Shown piece after piece: positions 16,901-25,574 of a stretch of DNA of 33,786 nt (the first letter of the stretch is position 1; every line of letters begins with the position of its first letter). This stretch comes from a virus (lineage: Duplodnaviria > Caudoviricetes): positions 1 through 33,786 of IMG/VR virus record IMGVR_UViG_3300017721_001394, one strand, 5' to 3'. Below the pieces are notes generated by a model. The model made no database searches. It was given only the letters and a program-made list of their open reading frames with translations, and had not been told where the DNA came from. The position numbers and the translations under genes are program-made.

Positions 16901-19183
16901 ATGGCAGAAACATTAATATCTCCAGGAGTACTAGCAAGAGAAAACGATACATCTCAAATTACTCAAGGCCCAGTAACAGTAGGTGCAGCAATAATTGGAC
17001 CTTCTATTAAGGGTCCTGTTGAAGTTCCAACATTAATCACTTCATATAGCGAATATTTAGCAGTATTTGGTGGGTCCGTAACAAGTGGATCACAACAATA
17101 TTCTTATTTAAACCAAGTAGCAGCTAATAATTACTTTAGACAAGGTGGTACAACTTTATTAGTAACTAGAGTAACATCTGGTTCTTTTACTAGTGCTAAA
17201 TCTTTAAATGTATATAATGGAGTAGAGATTGGTGGATTAGAAGCAGGATTTAATTTATTTTCTTTAATCAATGTCAATCCATCAACAGCAACTGTTCAAA
17301 ATGTAGTAGGTGCTGCAACTAGTGGAGGAGGTGATGGAAATCTTACTGTAAACTATACAGTAGTTACACAAGACATTTTCTTACCAGCGGCCTCATTAGC
17401 CCTTCCAGGTGTTTCAGTATCTTCGGATCAAGCAGGAACAACAGGTCCTATAGCAACATCAGGTGATGGTACAGGAGCAACGGTAATATTGACATCAGAT
17501 GGAGCTAATATTATTGGAGCAGTAATATCTGATGTTGGAACTAGTGGTTATGTAGCGGGTGATACTTTAACAATGACTCAGGCAGACATGAGTGGTGTTG
17601 GTATTGGTACCGTAGGTAGTGATTTAGTTATTCAAATTCAACAAGTAGATTTAAGTTCAACTTTTTCAGCAGTAACTGTTAATAACCCAGGAACGAATTA
17701 TAGATTAGGTGATGTTGTTACACTTTTAGCAGCTACAATTGGTGGTGCAAATGATGCAACTTTTTCACCTTTAACAGCAGAAGCAGTAGAAAATGGTACT
17801 GCATTTGAATTAAGTACTATTTCTCAAGGAGAGATCATGAACAACTCAGGTTCAATGTTTTCAGGAGGAGGATTAGTATCTGGTTCTAAAGATAATGTTA
17901 GATGGGAAATAACAGCAGCAAATACTGACACAGGAGTGTTTAGTTTAGCTATTCGTAGAGGAGATGATGAAAATGCTCAAAAATCAATATTAGAAACATT
18001 TAATAATATATCGTTAGATCCATTAGCTACTAATTATATTGAAACTGTAATAGGTAATAGCTATTATGGTGATATACAAGATGATAGTGGAGATTTTTAT
18101 ATCCAAGAAAATGGATCATATGTTAACAGAAGTAAATATGTTTACGTATCTAAAGTAAACTATCCTACCCCAGGTTATTTTGATAATGCAGGAAATGCAA
18201 AAATAGAATTTACAGGAAGTATTCCATTAGTTGGTTCGGGTTCATTTAGTGGTGCTACTGGAGAATTATTCCCAGGAGAAACAGAAGCTTTATTTAACGA
18301 AAATATTGGACTGGATAATACTCAGGGTATTAGCGCTATAGATTATACAGCTTCTATTAATTTATTATCAAATAGTGATGATTATCAATTTAATGTATTA
18401 GCAGCCCCAGGTTTAATTCAAGAATTCCACTCATCAGAAATTAATTTACTTGTAACAACAGCACAAACTCGTAGAGATTGTTTGGCAATTATAGATTTAA
18501 GAGGATATGGTTCTACTATTGGAAATGTAGTAGGAGCTTCAAGTGGGTTTGATAGCTCATATGCGGCAACTTATTGGCCGTGGTTACAATTAGTTGACCC
18601 AGATACAGGAAGAACAATTTGGTCTCCAGCATCAGTATTAATCCCAGGAGTATATGCATTTACAGATGCATCTTCAGACCCATGGTTCGCACCAGCAGGT
18701 TTAACTAGAGGTGGATTAGGTCAAGTAATTAGAGCAGAAAGAAAATTAACATCTGGAAACAGAGATAGTTTATACGAAGCAAATATTAATCCAATAGCTA
18801 CTTTCCCACAAAGTGGAGTTGTAGTATTTGGACAAAAAACTTTACAGAAAAAAGCAAGTGCTTTAGATAGAGTAAATGTACGTAGATTATTAATAGCATT
18901 AAAATCTTATATAGTACAAGTATCTGATAACCTAGTATTTGAACAAAATACTATTGCAACAAGAAATAATTTCTTAGCAACAGTAAACCCATATCTAGAA
19001 TCAGTACAACAAAGACAAGGTCTATATGCTTTTAGAGTAGTAATGGATGAAACGAATAATACACCAGATGTTATTGATAGAAATGAAATGGTAGGTCAAA
19101 TTTACCTTCAACCAACAAAAACAGCTGAATTTATTATCCTAGATTTCAATGTACTTCCAACAGGAGCAACATTCCCTGGATAA
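16901..19183 (+). CDS. Contractile tail sheath protein (gp18-like) with an internal insertion
   Basis: N-terminal ISPGVLAREND; C-terminal PWFAPAGLTRG, NINPI, GQKTL, DRVNVRRL, VFEQN and PTKTAEFI sheath motifs. Confidence 0.95.
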   Translation: MAETLISPGVLARENDTSQITQGPVTVGAAIIGPSIKGPVEVPTLITSYSEYLAVFGGSVTSGSQQYSYLNQVAANNYFRQGGTTLLVTRVTSGSFTSAKSLNVYNGVEIGGLEAGFNLFSLINVNPSTATVQNVVGAATSGGGDGNLTVNYTVVTQDIFLPAASLALPGVSVSSDQAGTTGPIATSGDGTGATVILTSDGANIIGAVISDVGTSGYVAGDTLTMTQADMSGVGIGTVGSDLVIQIQQVDLSSTFSAVTVNNPGTNYRLGDVVTLLAATIGGANDATFSPLTAEAVENGTAFELSTISQGEIMNNSGSMFSGGGLVSGSKDNVRWEITAANTDTGVFSLAIRRGDDENAQKSILETFNNISLDPLATNYIETVIGNSYYGDIQDDSGDFYIQENGSYVNRSKYVYVSKVNYPTPGYFDNAGNAKIEFTGSIPLVGSGSFSGATGELFPGETEALFNENIGLDNTQGISAIDYTASINLLSNSDDYQFNVLAAPGLIQEFHSSEINLLVTTAQTRRDCLAIIDLRGYGSTIGNVVGASSGFDSSYAATYWPWLQLVDPDTGRTIWSPASVLIPGVYAFTDASSDPWFAPAGLTRGGLGQVIRAERKLTSGNRDSLYEANINPIATFPQSGVVVFGQKTLQKKASALDRVNVRRLLIALKSYIVQVSDNLVFEQNTIATRNNFLATVNPYLESVQQRQGLYAFRVVMDETNNTPDVIDRNEMVGQIYLQPTKTAEFIILDFNVLPTGATFPG

Positions 19184-19199
19184 AAAACTAAAAATATAA

Positions 19200-19209
19200 A
19201 TATTTATAA
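19200..19209 (+). promoter_or_regulatory. Late-promoter-like motif ATATTTATAA
   Basis: Exact intergenic copy upstream of the tube gene. Confidence 0.7.
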
Positions 19210-19226
19210 TAAAATAAAGAAATAAA

Positions 19227-19715
19227 ATGGCAATATTAGATCCAAACGAAATATTTTTTACAGCCTTTGAGCCAAAACAAAAGAACAGATTTATTATGTA
19301 TATAGATGGGTTTCCATCATACATGGTAAAAGGTGTAGGAGCTGTGTCGTTAACGCAAGGTAGTGTAGCACTCAACCACATCAACGTACAACGTTATGTC
19401 AAGGGTAAAACAGTGTGGAATACCGTTCAATTCACATTATTTGATCCAATTACACCATCAGGTGCTCAAGCTGTTATGGAATGGGTAAGACTACACCATG
19501 AATCTGTAACAGGTAGAGATGGATATAGTGATTTCTATAAAAAAGATCTTACATTTAATGTATTAGGTCCTGTAGGTGATGTAGTTTCTGAATGGGTAAT
19601 TAAGGGAGCAATGATTACAGACGCTTCATTTGGAGATTATTCATGGGAAGATGCTGATGCCGCACAAGAACTAACTTTCACTGTACAACCAGATTATTGT
19701 GTATTAAATTTCTAA
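19227..19715 (+). CDS. Tail tube protein (gp19-like)
   Basis: 162 aa after the sheath; NRF, KGKTVW, TLFDP, YKKD and W-x-IKGA tube-family pattern. Confidence 0.88.
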   Translation: MAILDPNEIFFTAFEPKQKNRFIMYIDGFPSYMVKGVGAVSLTQGSVALNHINVQRYVKGKTVWNTVQFTLFDPITPSGAQAVMEWVRLHHESVTGRDGYSDFYKKDLTFNVLGPVGDVVSEWVIKGAMITDASFGDYSWEDADAAQELTFTVQPDYCVLNF

Positions 19716-19741
19716 AAAACAAAACAAATATTTTTAAGAAT

Positions 19742-19768
19742 AGCTTGGCTTCGGTCAAGCTTTTTTTT
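19742..19768 (+). terminator. Intrinsic terminator with cUUCGg tetraloop
   Basis: AGCTTGGC-TTCG-GTCAAGCT (one G-U pair) followed by a T tract. Confidence 0.9.
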
Positions 19769-19815
19769 ATATTAATATGTATTAACGATAAAAACGTTTT
19801 AATTAAATAAAGATT

Positions 19816-20547
19816 ATGGCTGAATTTAAATTCCCAACTGAAGAAGTAGACTTACCCTCTGGAGGATTATTATATCCTAAAGACAACCCCTTATCTAGCG
19901 GTAAAATAGAAATTAAATATATGACCGCTAAGGAAGAAGATATTTTAACTAATCAATCCTATATCCAAAAAGGTATAGTATTAGATAAAGTACTTGAATC
20001 CGTTATTATAGATAAATCTATAAAATTAAAAGATTTACTTATAGGTGACAAAAATGCTGTACTAATTGCAACTCGTATTTTAGGATATGGTAAAAAATAT
20101 AGTATTACATATAAAGGAGAAACATTAGATGTAGATTTAACTGAATTAGATAACAAACCATTTGATTCTTCAATATTAATTGAAGGAAAAAATGAACTTG
20201 CTTATACTCTACCTCATAGTGGTACTAAAATTACTTATAAATTATTAAATGGGCATGATGAAGCAAAAATAGAGGCTGAATTAAAAGGATTAAAGAAAAT
20301 TCAAAAGGACCATGTACCTGAACTAACAACTAGATTAAAACATATAATAACTTCTGTTAATGGAAATGAAGATTCTAAATCTATCAGAGAGTTTATTGAC
20401 GGGTATATGTTAGCTAGAGATTCTAGATCTTTTAGAGAACATTTAAAAGTTTCCCAACCTGATGTTGATATGTCTGTTATTTTAGATACTGGAGAGGAGG
20501 TAGAAGTCCCTCTGGGATTAAACTTTTTTTGGCCTGACTCTAAATAA
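19816..20547 (+). CDS. Baseplate hub assembly / tail assembly chaperone (T4 gp26-like)
   Basis: LPSGG, MTAKEEDIL, D...LIATRILGYG and terminal NFFWP; located between tube and tape measure. Confidence 0.75.
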   Translation: MAEFKFPTEEVDLPSGGLLYPKDNPLSSGKIEIKYMTAKEEDILTNQSYIQKGIVLDKVLESVIIDKSIKLKDLLIGDKNAVLIATRILGYGKKYSITYKGETLDVDLTELDNKPFDSSILIEGKNELAYTLPHSGTKITYKLLNGHDEAKIEAELKGLKKIQKDHVPELTTRLKHIITSVNGNEDSKSIREFIDGYMLARDSRSFREHLKVSQPDVDMSVILDTGEEVEVPLGLNFFWPDSK

Positions 20548-20815
20548 TGCACAACAAGCTAGATTAAATCTATTTAGTCATTTACACCAAATAATTTACC
20601 ATGGTAATGGAGGTTATGATTTTAATACTGTATATAATATTCCTATATGGTTAAGAAAATACATATTTAAAGAAATTAGGGATTTTAATAAAAAATCATC
20701 TGCTCCACCAAAAGAAAAAGGAAATGAAACTTTAATTGGGAAAGATGGTAAAATTAACACCCCAGCTTTTACTAAAGCATCCCAACAATATAAAGGAAAA
20801 AGCAGCTACAAATAG
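20522..20815 (+). CDS. Start-less ORF, probable frameshift extension of the chaperone (gpGT-like / short gp51-like)
   Basis: Not in the ORF track. The +1 frame opens right after TAA 20519-20521 and reads TFFGLTLNNAQQARLNLFSHLHQIIYHGNGGYDFNTVYNIPIWLRKYIFKEIRDF...KSSYK* with no in-frame ATG/GTG/TTG; overlaps the T7 run 20524-20530. Confidence 0.75.
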   Translation, partial: TFFGLTLNNAQQARLNLFSHLHQIIYHGNGGYDFNTVYNIPIWLRKYIFKEIRDFNKKSSAPPKEKGNETLIGKDGKINTPAFTKASQQYKGKSSYK

Positions 20816-20826
20816 TTGCTTTTTTT
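20797..20826 (+). terminator. Intrinsic terminator overlapping the stop of the frameshift ORF
   Basis: AAAAAGCAGCTA-CAAA-TAGTTGCTTTTTTT. Confidence 0.8.
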
Positions 20827-20827
20827 A

Positions 20828-20837
20828 ATATTTATAA
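20828..20837 (+). promoter_or_regulatory. Late-promoter-like motif ATATTTATAA
   Basis: Exact copy between the terminator and the tape measure gene. Confidence 0.7.
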
Positions 20838-20852
20838 TAAAATACTCCTTAA

Positions 20853-23189
20853 ATGGCAGATTCTAAAGAAATAAAAAAACAAGCCGAAGCAGCAAGGGAT
20901 TTAAAAAACGAAACTCAAGAAAATCTTAGATATACAAGAGATATCAATAGTGAAATTCGTGATTCCCTTAAACTATTATCAGGTGAAAAGGATTTACGTT
21001 CATCAACTTTAAAGGCTTTAAAAGAATCTAACAATTTAGCTGAAAAACAAATTGATTTAGCTAAAGATGGATCTAAGGCTTTAATGGATTCAAATGCTCT
21101 TAGAGAAAAACAAATAAAATTCCAACAAAATATAAGTAAATTAACAGCTAATGCTGATGATTTAACTAAAAAAAGATTAATGGCTCGAAAAGAACTTCAA
21201 GCCAATATGTCTAAAATGTCGGATAAAGACATTAAAAAAGCACAGGAACAAATATCTCTTTCTTTGCAAACTGAAAAGGCTATAAGAGGACAAGCTACAA
21301 ACCAAAAAGAAAATAAAAAATTACTAGATGAACAAGTATCAGCTGCTGAAGAACTTGATAGTTTAGGTAGTAATAAATTATTCGGATCTCTTTCAGAAAT
21401 AGCTGGGGTTATTCCTGGTGTAAAAGGAATAACTAAAGGATTTGATAAAGCAGCTGAAGCCTCTAAAAAAATAGGGGCAGACTTACTCCAGAAAAAACTT
21501 GAAAATGGAAAAGATGCTTCTCTTAATATGGGAGAGGCTTTATCTGTTGGTTTTAAAGGAGCAGTAGCGGGGGCAAATGAATTATTGAAAGCTTTTGGAC
21601 CTATAGCTATTCTGGGAAAAGTATTTCAGGGTATGATGAAAGCAGATAAATCTGCAGGAGAAATAGCTAAAGGTTTAAATATAAGTACTAAAGAAGCAGG
21701 TAAATTATCTGCAGAAATGTTAAAAACTTCTAAAGAATCTGATAGTATTGGTGTTACTTATGAGGGACAAAAACATGCCTTAAAAGCTATTAATGCTGAA
21801 TTGGGTACTTCAACTGCTATAAGTTCTAAAACCTTAGCTACTTTTTCTAAAATGGAAAAATTAGCAGGAATGACCCAAGAGGAAATGATGGGTATTGGTA
21901 AACTATCTTTTGCTACGGGTAAAGATATGGAAAAAATGACTGGGGAATTTTTAGCTCAAGCTAAATCTGCATCCTTAAAAAGGGGAGTATTATTAAATGA
22001 AAAGAAATTAATGGCTGATATCTCAAAAGTATCAGCAGCTACAACTTTATCATTAGGTAAAAACCCAAAGGCAATAGCAAATGCAGTTGCTACAGCAAAA
22101 GCATTAGGTATGGAAATGTCTAAAGTTAATAGTATAGCTGATAGTTTACTTGATTTTGAATCTTCTATTGAAAAAGAAATGGAAGCTGAATTATTACTTG
22201 GTAAAAATCTTAATTTAGAAAAAGCAAGAACCGCAGCCTTAAATAATGATCTAGCAACAGTCGCCTCAGAAATAGCAGAACAAGCTGGTACAGCTGCTGA
22301 ATTTGGTGAGATGAATAGAATACAACAGCAAGCATTAGCAGAAGCTGTTGGAATGTCTAGAGAAGAACTAGCACAAACTTTATTTACCCAAGAACAATTA
22401 CAAGGTTTAACTGGAGATGAAGCAGAAAAAGCTCAAGAAGCATTAGATAGAAGAATTGAAGAAGTAGGGCTAAAACAGGCCCAAAAAGAAATGGAAGATG
22501 GCACACTTCAAAACTTATTTGATCAAGCAGCTGAACAAGATAAAGCAGCTTTAGCTGCCGAAAAAATGAACGAATCCTTTATGGAAATGGGTAAAAGCTT
22601 AATGCCCGTAATGGAACTTATGACTGGTTTAGTAGTAAAGGCAGCTGAAAATAAAGAACTTATAGCAGCTGCTGTTGTTGGTTATGGTGTTATTAATACC
22701 CTTTTATTAGCCCAAAAAATAGCAAAAGCGGCGGGTAATAAAGAAGAAATTAAAAGTTTATTATTAGGTAAAAGTAAATTAGTACAACTAGCTGCACAAG
22801 CAGTTGCCTATGCTTTAGCAAACCCTGTAGGTGCACTTATTGGTTTAGCAGCTGCAGCAACAGTTGGGGCTATAGCTTACGCAGCTGTTTCAAAAGCAGG
22901 AGATATTAACTCCCCAGCTGATGGTAAAACACAAATTTCTACTAAAGAAGGAGGTTTATTTGAACTTTCTAATAATGATGATATTGTTGCAGCTCCTGGA
23001 GCATCAGCTGCTATGGCAGCGGCAACAAGTGGTGGTGGAAATTCTGTGGCAATGAAAAAGTTAGAAGAATTGCAAGCACAAACAAATTCTTTATTAAGAA
23101 GAATAGCTTCAACACAAGGTACAGTTACTATGGATGCAGAAAAAATGGGTACTGCAGTATCAATGAATACTTATGAGATTTCCCCTTAG
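20853..23189 (+). CDS. Tail tape measure protein
   Basis: 778 aa, Ala/Lys/Glu-rich helical protein with C-terminal hydrophobic Ala/Gly segments; follows tube and chaperone genes. Confidence 0.85.
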   Translation: MADSKEIKKQAEAARDLKNETQENLRYTRDINSEIRDSLKLLSGEKDLRSSTLKALKESNNLAEKQIDLAKDGSKALMDSNALREKQIKFQQNISKLTANADDLTKKRLMARKELQANMSKMSDKDIKKAQEQISLSLQTEKAIRGQATNQKENKKLLDEQVSAAEELDSLGSNKLFGSLSEIAGVIPGVKGITKGFDKAAEASKKIGADLLQKKLENGKDASLNMGEALSVGFKGAVAGANELLKAFGPIAILGKVFQGMMKADKSAGEIAKGLNISTKEAGKLSAEMLKTSKESDSIGVTYEGQKHALKAINAELGTSTAISSKTLATFSKMEKLAGMTQEEMMGIGKLSFATGKDMEKMTGEFLAQAKSASLKRGVLLNEKKLMADISKVSAATTLSLGKNPKAIANAVATAKALGMEMSKVNSIADSLLDFESSIEKEMEAELLLGKNLNLEKARTAALNNDLATVASEIAEQAGTAAEFGEMNRIQQQALAEAVGMSREELAQTLFTQEQLQGLTGDEAEKAQEALDRRIEEVGLKQAQKEMEDGTLQNLFDQAAEQDKAALAAEKMNESFMEMGKSLMPVMELMTGLVVKAAENKELIAAAVVGYGVINTLLLAQKIAKAAGNKEEIKSLLLGKSKLVQLAAQAVAYALANPVGALIGLAAAATVGAIAYAAVSKAGDINSPADGKTQISTKEGGLFELSNNDDIVAAPGASAAMAAATSGGGNSVAMKKLEELQAQTNSLLRRIASTQGTVTMDAEKMGTAVSMNTYEISP

Positions 23190-23194
23190 TATTA

Positions 23195-23204
23195 ATATTT
23201 ATAA
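23195..23204 (+). promoter_or_regulatory. Late-promoter-like motif ATATTTATAA
   Basis: Exact intergenic copy. Confidence 0.7.
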
Positions 23205-23234
23205 TAAAATCAATAACTTTAAAATTTAAAAATT

Positions 23235-23429
23235 ATGTCAATTATTTCAAAATTTACTGAAGAGGGATCTGTTTTTGATGGAGATCTAAATGGTAGTTTA
23301 CCAACTGGACCTTTAACTGATGGGAATGTACTTCCTATTAACACTACATTTAAAAATGGTCAATATTTAGATAACCTTCCTAATGGGATTCCAAATACAA
23401 GAGTTTTAGACAACACAGGTAACGAATAA
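23235..23429 (+). CDS. Small hypothetical tail-module protein
   Basis: 64 aa, own late motif, typical aattATG start context. Confidence 0.65.
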   Translation: MSIISKFTEEGSVFDGDLNGSLPTGPLTDGNVLPINTTFKNGQYLDNLPNGIPNTRVLDNTGNE

Positions 23430-23443
23430 TAAACTTACACTGA

Positions 23444-25273
23444 ATGTCTATAGTTGAGCTACAAACGGATCTTAAATCCCTAAGATATGGGAAAGATAGA
23501 CCAGGAGGTGGTGATAGTGGTCAACCTTACATAGTTACAGATATTCCTGGAGAAATAGGAGAACTGAACTTTGGATTAGGTAGTACTGGCTTCACAGACT
23601 TTCTGTTAAGGGGAGGTACTTTAGTTGCAAAAAGAACAGTAAATGATGTTTCTAGACTTGCTAAAATGTTTATTGATACCAAATCACTTAATGGTATCTT
23701 TTTTACAGCTAAACAACTTATGTTGTCTAGGTCTAATGTTGAAACCCAAGCTAGCCCCATAGCATTTAATAATGGAATTTATTTACCAACTTCTACTGTA
23801 GCACAAGCTGGAGTTAATGCTTTAGGAATACATTTAAATAAACAAGGAATAGACCCAACAGGTTTAACTAATCTAGCTACAGGTATACCTAATATATTAA
23901 CTCAACCTAAGTATTCTAATGTTCTTGACTCTAGAGTTATACCTTTAAAGAAACTTGGTGATGGTGGAAATAGATTATGGGATTTAACACAAGGGAAAAT
24001 ACATAAGGATAGCTCAAACCCTAAAATTCTTTATGAGTATGGAGGAGGTCCTGGATCTATATTAGGTACAATTGGAAGAACTAGAATAGACAGAGTTTCA
24101 AACACTAGAGGAGGCGAAAGATCAGTATCTTCAACTGGGCGTTTTAAATATTATAATGTAGCTACAATGACTTATAGTCAAATAGCTAACATTAAATCAA
24201 CCGCTTCTCAAAGGATGAATGCTAAAATAGGGCCATCTTTTACTACTCTTTTAAATATCCCTAATAAGAAAAAAAGTAATATATCAAAAACTTTAAATTA
24301 TCCAAAATATAATATTGAAAAAAGGGTTAACTTAGGGAACCCTGGAAAAATAGGTAATAAATCAAGTTATGTAATAGGTAAATTAAACCCTGTAGATAAT
24401 TCATCAATGGGTCCTGCAGATGGGTTAAATGCCTTACCTATATATGAATCTAATACTGGTGTTATAGAAAATAATATAAAAAATGATTTAGTAAAATTTA
24501 GAATAGGTGTAATTGATAATGATGATCCTAAGAAAAAAACTTATATTCATTTTAGAGCATTTATTAATGGAATGAGTGACTCTTATTCATCTAAATGGTC
24601 AGGAACACAATTTGTAGGTAGAGGAGAAGAACTTTATAGATATGGTGGATTCTCTAGATCAGTTTCATTATCTTGGACTATGGCAGCACAATCTAAAGAA
24701 GAATTAATACCAATGTATCAAAAATTAAATTATTTAGCATCTACTATAGCCCCAGATTATTCATCTAAGGGGTATATGAGAGGAAATTTAATTAGTTTAA
24801 CTGTGGGAGGCTGGTTTTTTGAACAACCAGGATTCATTGAGGGTATTTCATATGATATACCAGATGATAGCCCCTGGGAAATAGCTCTAAATGATACTAT
24901 TGGCCCTTCAGGTTCATTTAGTGATGATAGTGTAAAAGAAATGCCCCATAGGATAGAAGTTTCAGGTTTTAAATTTACCCCTATACAAAATTTTGTACCT
25001 CAAATACAAAAGAATTCTTATGCTAAATCAATTTACAAAACTCAAGCGGGAGATGTAGAAGAAAAATTTGTACAAGCTTATGGTCCACAAAGATATATTA
25101 TGATATCCAATGGAGGAGATTCTACAAATTCTTTAAATGTGTCTGGATCATCAACAACATTCCCAAAGATTTTAAATGATAATTATGGTAATTATGATGG
25201 AACCCAAACGGGAGGAAACAATTACCTCCCAGTTCCTCCTTTACCACCTAGTACACCTAAGAAAAACCCTTAA
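23444..25273 (+). CDS. Baseplate tube-initiator-like protein (gp48/gp54 or P2 gpU-like C-terminal domain)
   Basis: FRAFINGMSDSYSSKW...GRGEELYRYGGFSRSVSLSW tube-fold pattern; lies between tape measure and the LysM protein. Confidence 0.6.
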   Translation: MSIVELQTDLKSLRYGKDRPGGGDSGQPYIVTDIPGEIGELNFGLGSTGFTDFLLRGGTLVAKRTVNDVSRLAKMFIDTKSLNGIFFTAKQLMLSRSNVETQASPIAFNNGIYLPTSTVAQAGVNALGIHLNKQGIDPTGLTNLATGIPNILTQPKYSNVLDSRVIPLKKLGDGGNRLWDLTQGKIHKDSSNPKILYEYGGGPGSILGTIGRTRIDRVSNTRGGERSVSSTGRFKYYNVATMTYSQIANIKSTASQRMNAKIGPSFTTLLNIPNKKKSNISKTLNYPKYNIEKRVNLGNPGKIGNKSSYVIGKLNPVDNSSMGPADGLNALPIYESNTGVIENNIKNDLVKFRIGVIDNDDPKKKTYIHFRAFINGMSDSYSSKWSGTQFVGRGEELYRYGGFSRSVSLSWTMAAQSKEELIPMYQKLNYLASTIAPDYSSKGYMRGNLISLTVGGWFFEQPGFIEGISYDIPDDSPWEIALNDTIGPSGSFSDDSVKEMPHRIEVSGFKFTPIQNFVPQIQKNSYAKSIYKTQAGDVEEKFVQAYGPQRYIMISNGGDSTNSLNVSGSSTTFPKILNDNYGNYDGTQTGGNNYLPVPPLPPSTPKKNP

Positions 25274-25283
25274 AAAATAAAAA

Positions 25284-25571
25284 ATGGATAGATATAGATT
25301 ATTATCAATTAATAATGGTCCAACTGGTAGAGTTCCAAGGTACCCTAATATTCCTTTAAGTTTTGAGGATAACTATTTTATAACTACAGAAGGAGACAGA
25401 ATGGATATATTAGCTCAGCAATTCTATAAAGACTCAAGTTTATGGTGGGTTATAGCAATTGCAAATCCTTTCATAAACCAGGGTTCATATTTTATAAAAC
25501 CAGGGACACAAATTAGAATTCCTACTAATATAGACTCAATAGTTAATACCTATAAGGCAATTAATAGATAA
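25284..25571 (+). CDS. LysM-like baseplate protein (gp53/P2 gpX-like)
   Basis: TEGDRMDILAQQFYKDSSLWWVIAIAN...PGTQIRIP. Confidence 0.85.
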   Translation: MDRYRLLSINNGPTGRVPRYPNIPLSFEDNYFITTEGDRMDILAQQFYKDSSLWWVIAIANPFINQGSYFIKPGTQIRIPTNIDSIVNTYKAINR

Positions 25572-25574
25572 AAT

